A stretch of DNA of 64,000 bases from Methylophilaceae bacterium (lineage in GTDB: Bacteria; Pseudomonadota; Gammaproteobacteria; Burkholderiales; Methylophilaceae). The translations under genes and the position numbers were made by a program. Below, in pieces: positions 61,553 to 64,000 of the stretch; position 1 is the stretch's first letter, and each line of letters opens with the position of its first letter. Where the stretch lies: the NCBI GenBank assembly GCA_049662045.1, contig JBATAW010000017.1, positions 30,431 to 94,430 of the forward strand, given 5' to 3'. A model generated the notes under the pieces. The model searched no databases, had not been told where the DNA came from, and worked only from the letters and a program-made list of their open reading frames with translations.

Positions 61553-63017
61553 TTAATTCCCCGCTAGATATTTTGTAAGTAATCTTACAGGTCATAGCGG
61601 GTGTGGCATTTAGTTCAATTTTATCAACCAGTGCGTTGATGAAGTCTTTAGCTGATGCTCTATCTGTCATATCAAGATTCTCAGATAATGTTTTGAGCAT
61701 TTTAGCAACATCTCTCTCTGAAATGGCCAAAAGTAACTTGTTGGCATTGTAGTCATTTTCTGCTTTATCGATTTCATCTAATAAATTGGTGCGTTGCTTT
61801 TCCAGTGTTTCTATTCTTGCCAATAAAGCTCTAGGATTTTCTATTTCTTCTAGTAAACATGTAAGCTTTTCAATTTTTAAGCTGATTTCGCTGACTTGTT
61901 TCTTGTAGGCCTTAATTTCAGTGTCCGGCACGGGTTGTGCGGCCTGGCGTGCGCATTTGGTGACGTCTTTGATAAAGTCTTCTGACTCTAAATCAGAGAT
62001 GACTTTGTTAAATATTGCATTTTCAATCTCTTCTTTTGAGTAACGCTTACCTTTTGCCACGCGATAGTAAACACCATCACAGCCATGCCATGCGTCACCT
62101 TCGGCATTGACCATGATGCCGCTGAGTAGAAAGTCCGATGCTGTTTTGTAGGGTTTGTGTGCGGTGTTTTCTAGCGTTTGCAGTATTGTCTCCGCTTCAT
62201 CAGTGTTGATAAGTGCTGAATGCGTGTCATGCTGAATCAACCATTCGTGACGAGGCCTGCGTTTAACACCACCTTTGTAGCCGCCACTGGATAGGCGTTC
62301 ATTTTGGACATTCCATACCGTGTGGCCAGCATAAGTCAGTGCATTCCATTCCATGCCAATCAGTGTGGATTGTGCTAGGTCAACCAAGCCACTTTCTTTG
62401 GCTGATTTAGATCGTGCGATGCCATTGGTTCTCAGTTTGAAGTAATGCGCCACTTTTTTAGCGTCTTCTGATAAGATGAGTTTTGATTTGGTGACAGGTT
62501 CACCGTCGCGTATGGCACCTGTCTCGTGATATTCAAGTTGATATCCAAGGGGTGCGCGACCCCCTGCCCGGAAACCTTGTTTAACATTCTCAGCCATGCC
62601 TGCTAGCCCCTTTTCTTTACTCATTAAACTGTGCAGTTGATCAAAAGCTTGCATGACGGAGCGTATCACTACGTCAACCACACTGCCCGTTTCGGGCATT
62701 TTAGAATATAAAATTTTAATGTTACGTTTGTCGCACTCAAAATGAACCGCGTGCGCCAGATATTGATTGCGCGCAATACGTGATGTATCCATGACGAGTA
62801 GATATTGCCAGCCACGGTCTTTATTCTTGAATTGTGTAAGCAGTGCCTGAAAGGCTGGGCGATTGTCATCTTTGCCAGACTCCACCGCATCAGCATATTC
62901 ACCAACTACGGTAAATGATTTTGCTTTTGCCATGGCTTGCAACTCACGTCGCTGCACGTCAATGGAGACGTCAGATCGATCTTTTGAGGATCTTAGATAT
63001 AACACAGCATTATTCAT
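61512..63017 (-). CDS. Large serine recombinase (resolvase/invertase N-domain, recombinase domain, coiled coil)
   Basis: N-terminal catalytic motif AVLYLRSSKDRSD...VQRREL, DTSRIARN, a central recombinase domain, and a coiled-coil-rich C-terminus. The last ~13 codons and the stop codon are encoded by the complement of the 3' half of tRNA-Glu. Confidence 0.85.
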   Translation of the reverse strand: MNNAVLYLRSSKDRSDVSIDVQRRELQAMAKAKSFTVVGEYADAVESGKDDNRPAFQALLTQFKNKDRGWQYLLVMDTSRIARNQYLAHAVHFECDKRNIKILYSKMPETGSVVDVVIRSVMQAFDQLHSLMSKEKGLAGMAENVKQGFRAGGRAPLGYQLEYHETGAIRDGEPVTKSKLILSEDAKKVAHYFKLRTNGIARSKSAKESGLVDLAQSTLIGMEWNALTYAGHTVWNVQNERLSSGGYKGGVKRRPRHEWLIQHDTHSALINTDEAETILQTLENTAHKPYKTASDFLLSGIMVNAEGDAWHGCDGVYYRVAKGKRYSKEEIENAIFNKVISDLESEDFIKDVTKCARQAAQPVPDTEIKAYKKQVSEISLKIEKLTCLLEEIENPRALLARIETLEKQRTNLLDEIDKAENDYNANKLLLAISERDVAKMLKTLSENLDMTDRASAKDFINALVDKIELNATPAMTCKITYKISSGELMASPRGFEPRSPP

Positions 63018-63120
63018 GGTGTTTATTATAATCCCATAAAAACCAAGTAAGTAGTAGTGATTTAATGAGTATCTGGGTTATTGCAGACTAAAAAGTCAAG
63101 TACTATGGCTTGATATGGCA

Positions 63121-63450
63121 TTACTCAAACAAATCAGCGTGCGTACCTGTACGAACAAAGATGAGTTGTTCTATTTTACTGCTACTATCTAACCTGTAGG
63201 CTAATAAGAAATCTCCGCCCACATGGCATTCACGATGCCCATCCCAATCACCACCTAAGGGATGGTCTAACCATTCTGGGCCAAGCGGCGCCTCATTAGC
63301 GATTAGAAGCAGCATCACTTCTTTCAGGCGCTTCATATCATAGCGCCCAGAATGTAACAGCCGATCCCAGTCTTTTAAAAAGGATTTTGTGTAATCTGAT
63401 CCGCGTGGCAGCCTAGCACGTTTACTTGCTGCTGTTTTTTTCGAGGTCAT
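63121..63450 (-). CDS. yafQ: Type II toxin, YafQ/RelE family mRNA interferase
   Basis: YTKSFLKDWDRL..., LDHPLGGDWDGHRECHVGGDFLLAYRL and IFVRTGTHADLF match the YafQ family consensus. The start is uncertain (63450 or 63462) and overlaps the antitoxin 3' end. Confidence 0.75.
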   Translation of the reverse strand: MTSKKTAASKRARLPRGSDYTKSFLKDWDRLLHSGRYDMKRLKEVMLLLIANEAPLGPEWLDHPLGGDWDGHRECHVGGDFLLAYRLDSSSKIEQLIFVRTGTHADLFE

Positions 63451-63700
63451 TGAATAGTTCATCAGCCGTTGCAAATCGTACTTTACGTGCGCTAGCAATT
63501 GCATCAGCTTCTATCATAGCTGCATGTGTTTCAGGGTTGGGTACTTTGAGTGCAAAAGGCAATTGTTTTTCCACAACCACTCTCGTTAGAAAAACGCGCA
63601 CAGCGTCAGATACGGAGAGTCCCATAGAAGCCAAAGTCTCGGTTGCTTCCAACTTGATTTTATCGTCCACTCTAACATGAACCATGCTTGACGTTGCCAT
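63422..63700 (-). CDS. dinJ: Type II antitoxin, RelB/DinJ family (ribbon-helix-helix)
   Basis: MATSSMVHVRVDDKIKLEATETLASMGLSVSDAVRVFLTRVV is the typical DinJ N-terminus. The ATG at 63700 is preceded by AGGAGG. Confidence 0.8.
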   Translation of the reverse strand: MATSSMVHVRVDDKIKLEATETLASMGLSVSDAVRVFLTRVVVEKQLPFALKVPNPETHAAMIEADAIASARKVRFATADELFNDLEKNSSK

Positions 63701-63964
63701 AAATGCACCTCCTTTATTTGAGTTACATTGTATCTCATGTATCAGAAAAAACAAGAATTAATTATGAAGAAGATGTAACTGATTTAAATGGCTCTTTTTG
63801 AGGTTGTGGAAATAACTGGCATTTTTGGAACAGAAATTAAGTGGTCTTTTTAATAAAAATACGCGTACTTACGTGAGTATCGGCAGTCCACCCATTATTT
63901 TATCCTGTGGTTATTTGTAGCATTTATTGTAGCCTCATTGTGGTCACACGTAAAATTGAAATCT

Positions 63965-63992
63965 TAATAATTTAGTACGTACTAAATTATTA
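63965..63992. promoter_or_regulatory. Perfect 28-bp palindrome at the window edge
   Basis: TAATAATTTAGTAC|GTACTAAATTATTA is an exact reverse complement with no spacer. It lies in the non-coding stretch upstream of dinJ inside the integrated element. Confidence 0.5.
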
Positions 63993-64000
63993 ACCTAGTG

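Overview
64-kb chromosomal window from a moderately AT-rich proteobacterium. The gene orders smc-zipA-ligA and pyrH-frr-uppS-cdsA-dxr-rseP-bamA-skp-lpxD-fabZ-lpxA-lpxB point to a beta/gamma-proteobacterium; a Methylophilaceae-like host is only a guess. Left third: a complete putrescine uptake and catabolism supercluster (puuB, puuD, puuA, spuC, potFGHI, gabD, puuC, gabT). It is interrupted after puuB by a 1.3-kb orphan cassette bounded by a duplicated puuB 3' end. Middle: an AT-rich insert encoding a secreted clan GH-A glycosidase and two paralogous Wzy/O-antigen-ligase-like membrane proteins, one with an FHA-like cytoplasmic tail. This is my best candidate for an undescribed system. It is followed by recR-ybaB-dnaX-ffs, an aldehyde dehydrogenase with DUF779, a membrane adenylate cyclase, tRNA-Ser, an internally duplicated lipoprotein, nnrS and a split ycaO. 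Right third: the envelope/isoprenoid housekeeping cluster, msrPQ, ligA-zipA-smc, queF, tRNA-Ala and tRNA-Glu. The window ends with the start of an integrated element: a large serine recombinase whose 3' end runs into tRNA-Glu, plus a yafQ/dinJ toxin-antitoxin pair. A five-copy REP/MITE-like hairpin family in two size classes sits in intergenic spacers. I saw no CRISPR array, rRNA or transposase. All functional calls rest on motif and homology recognition by eye, and all GC values are rough hand counts.
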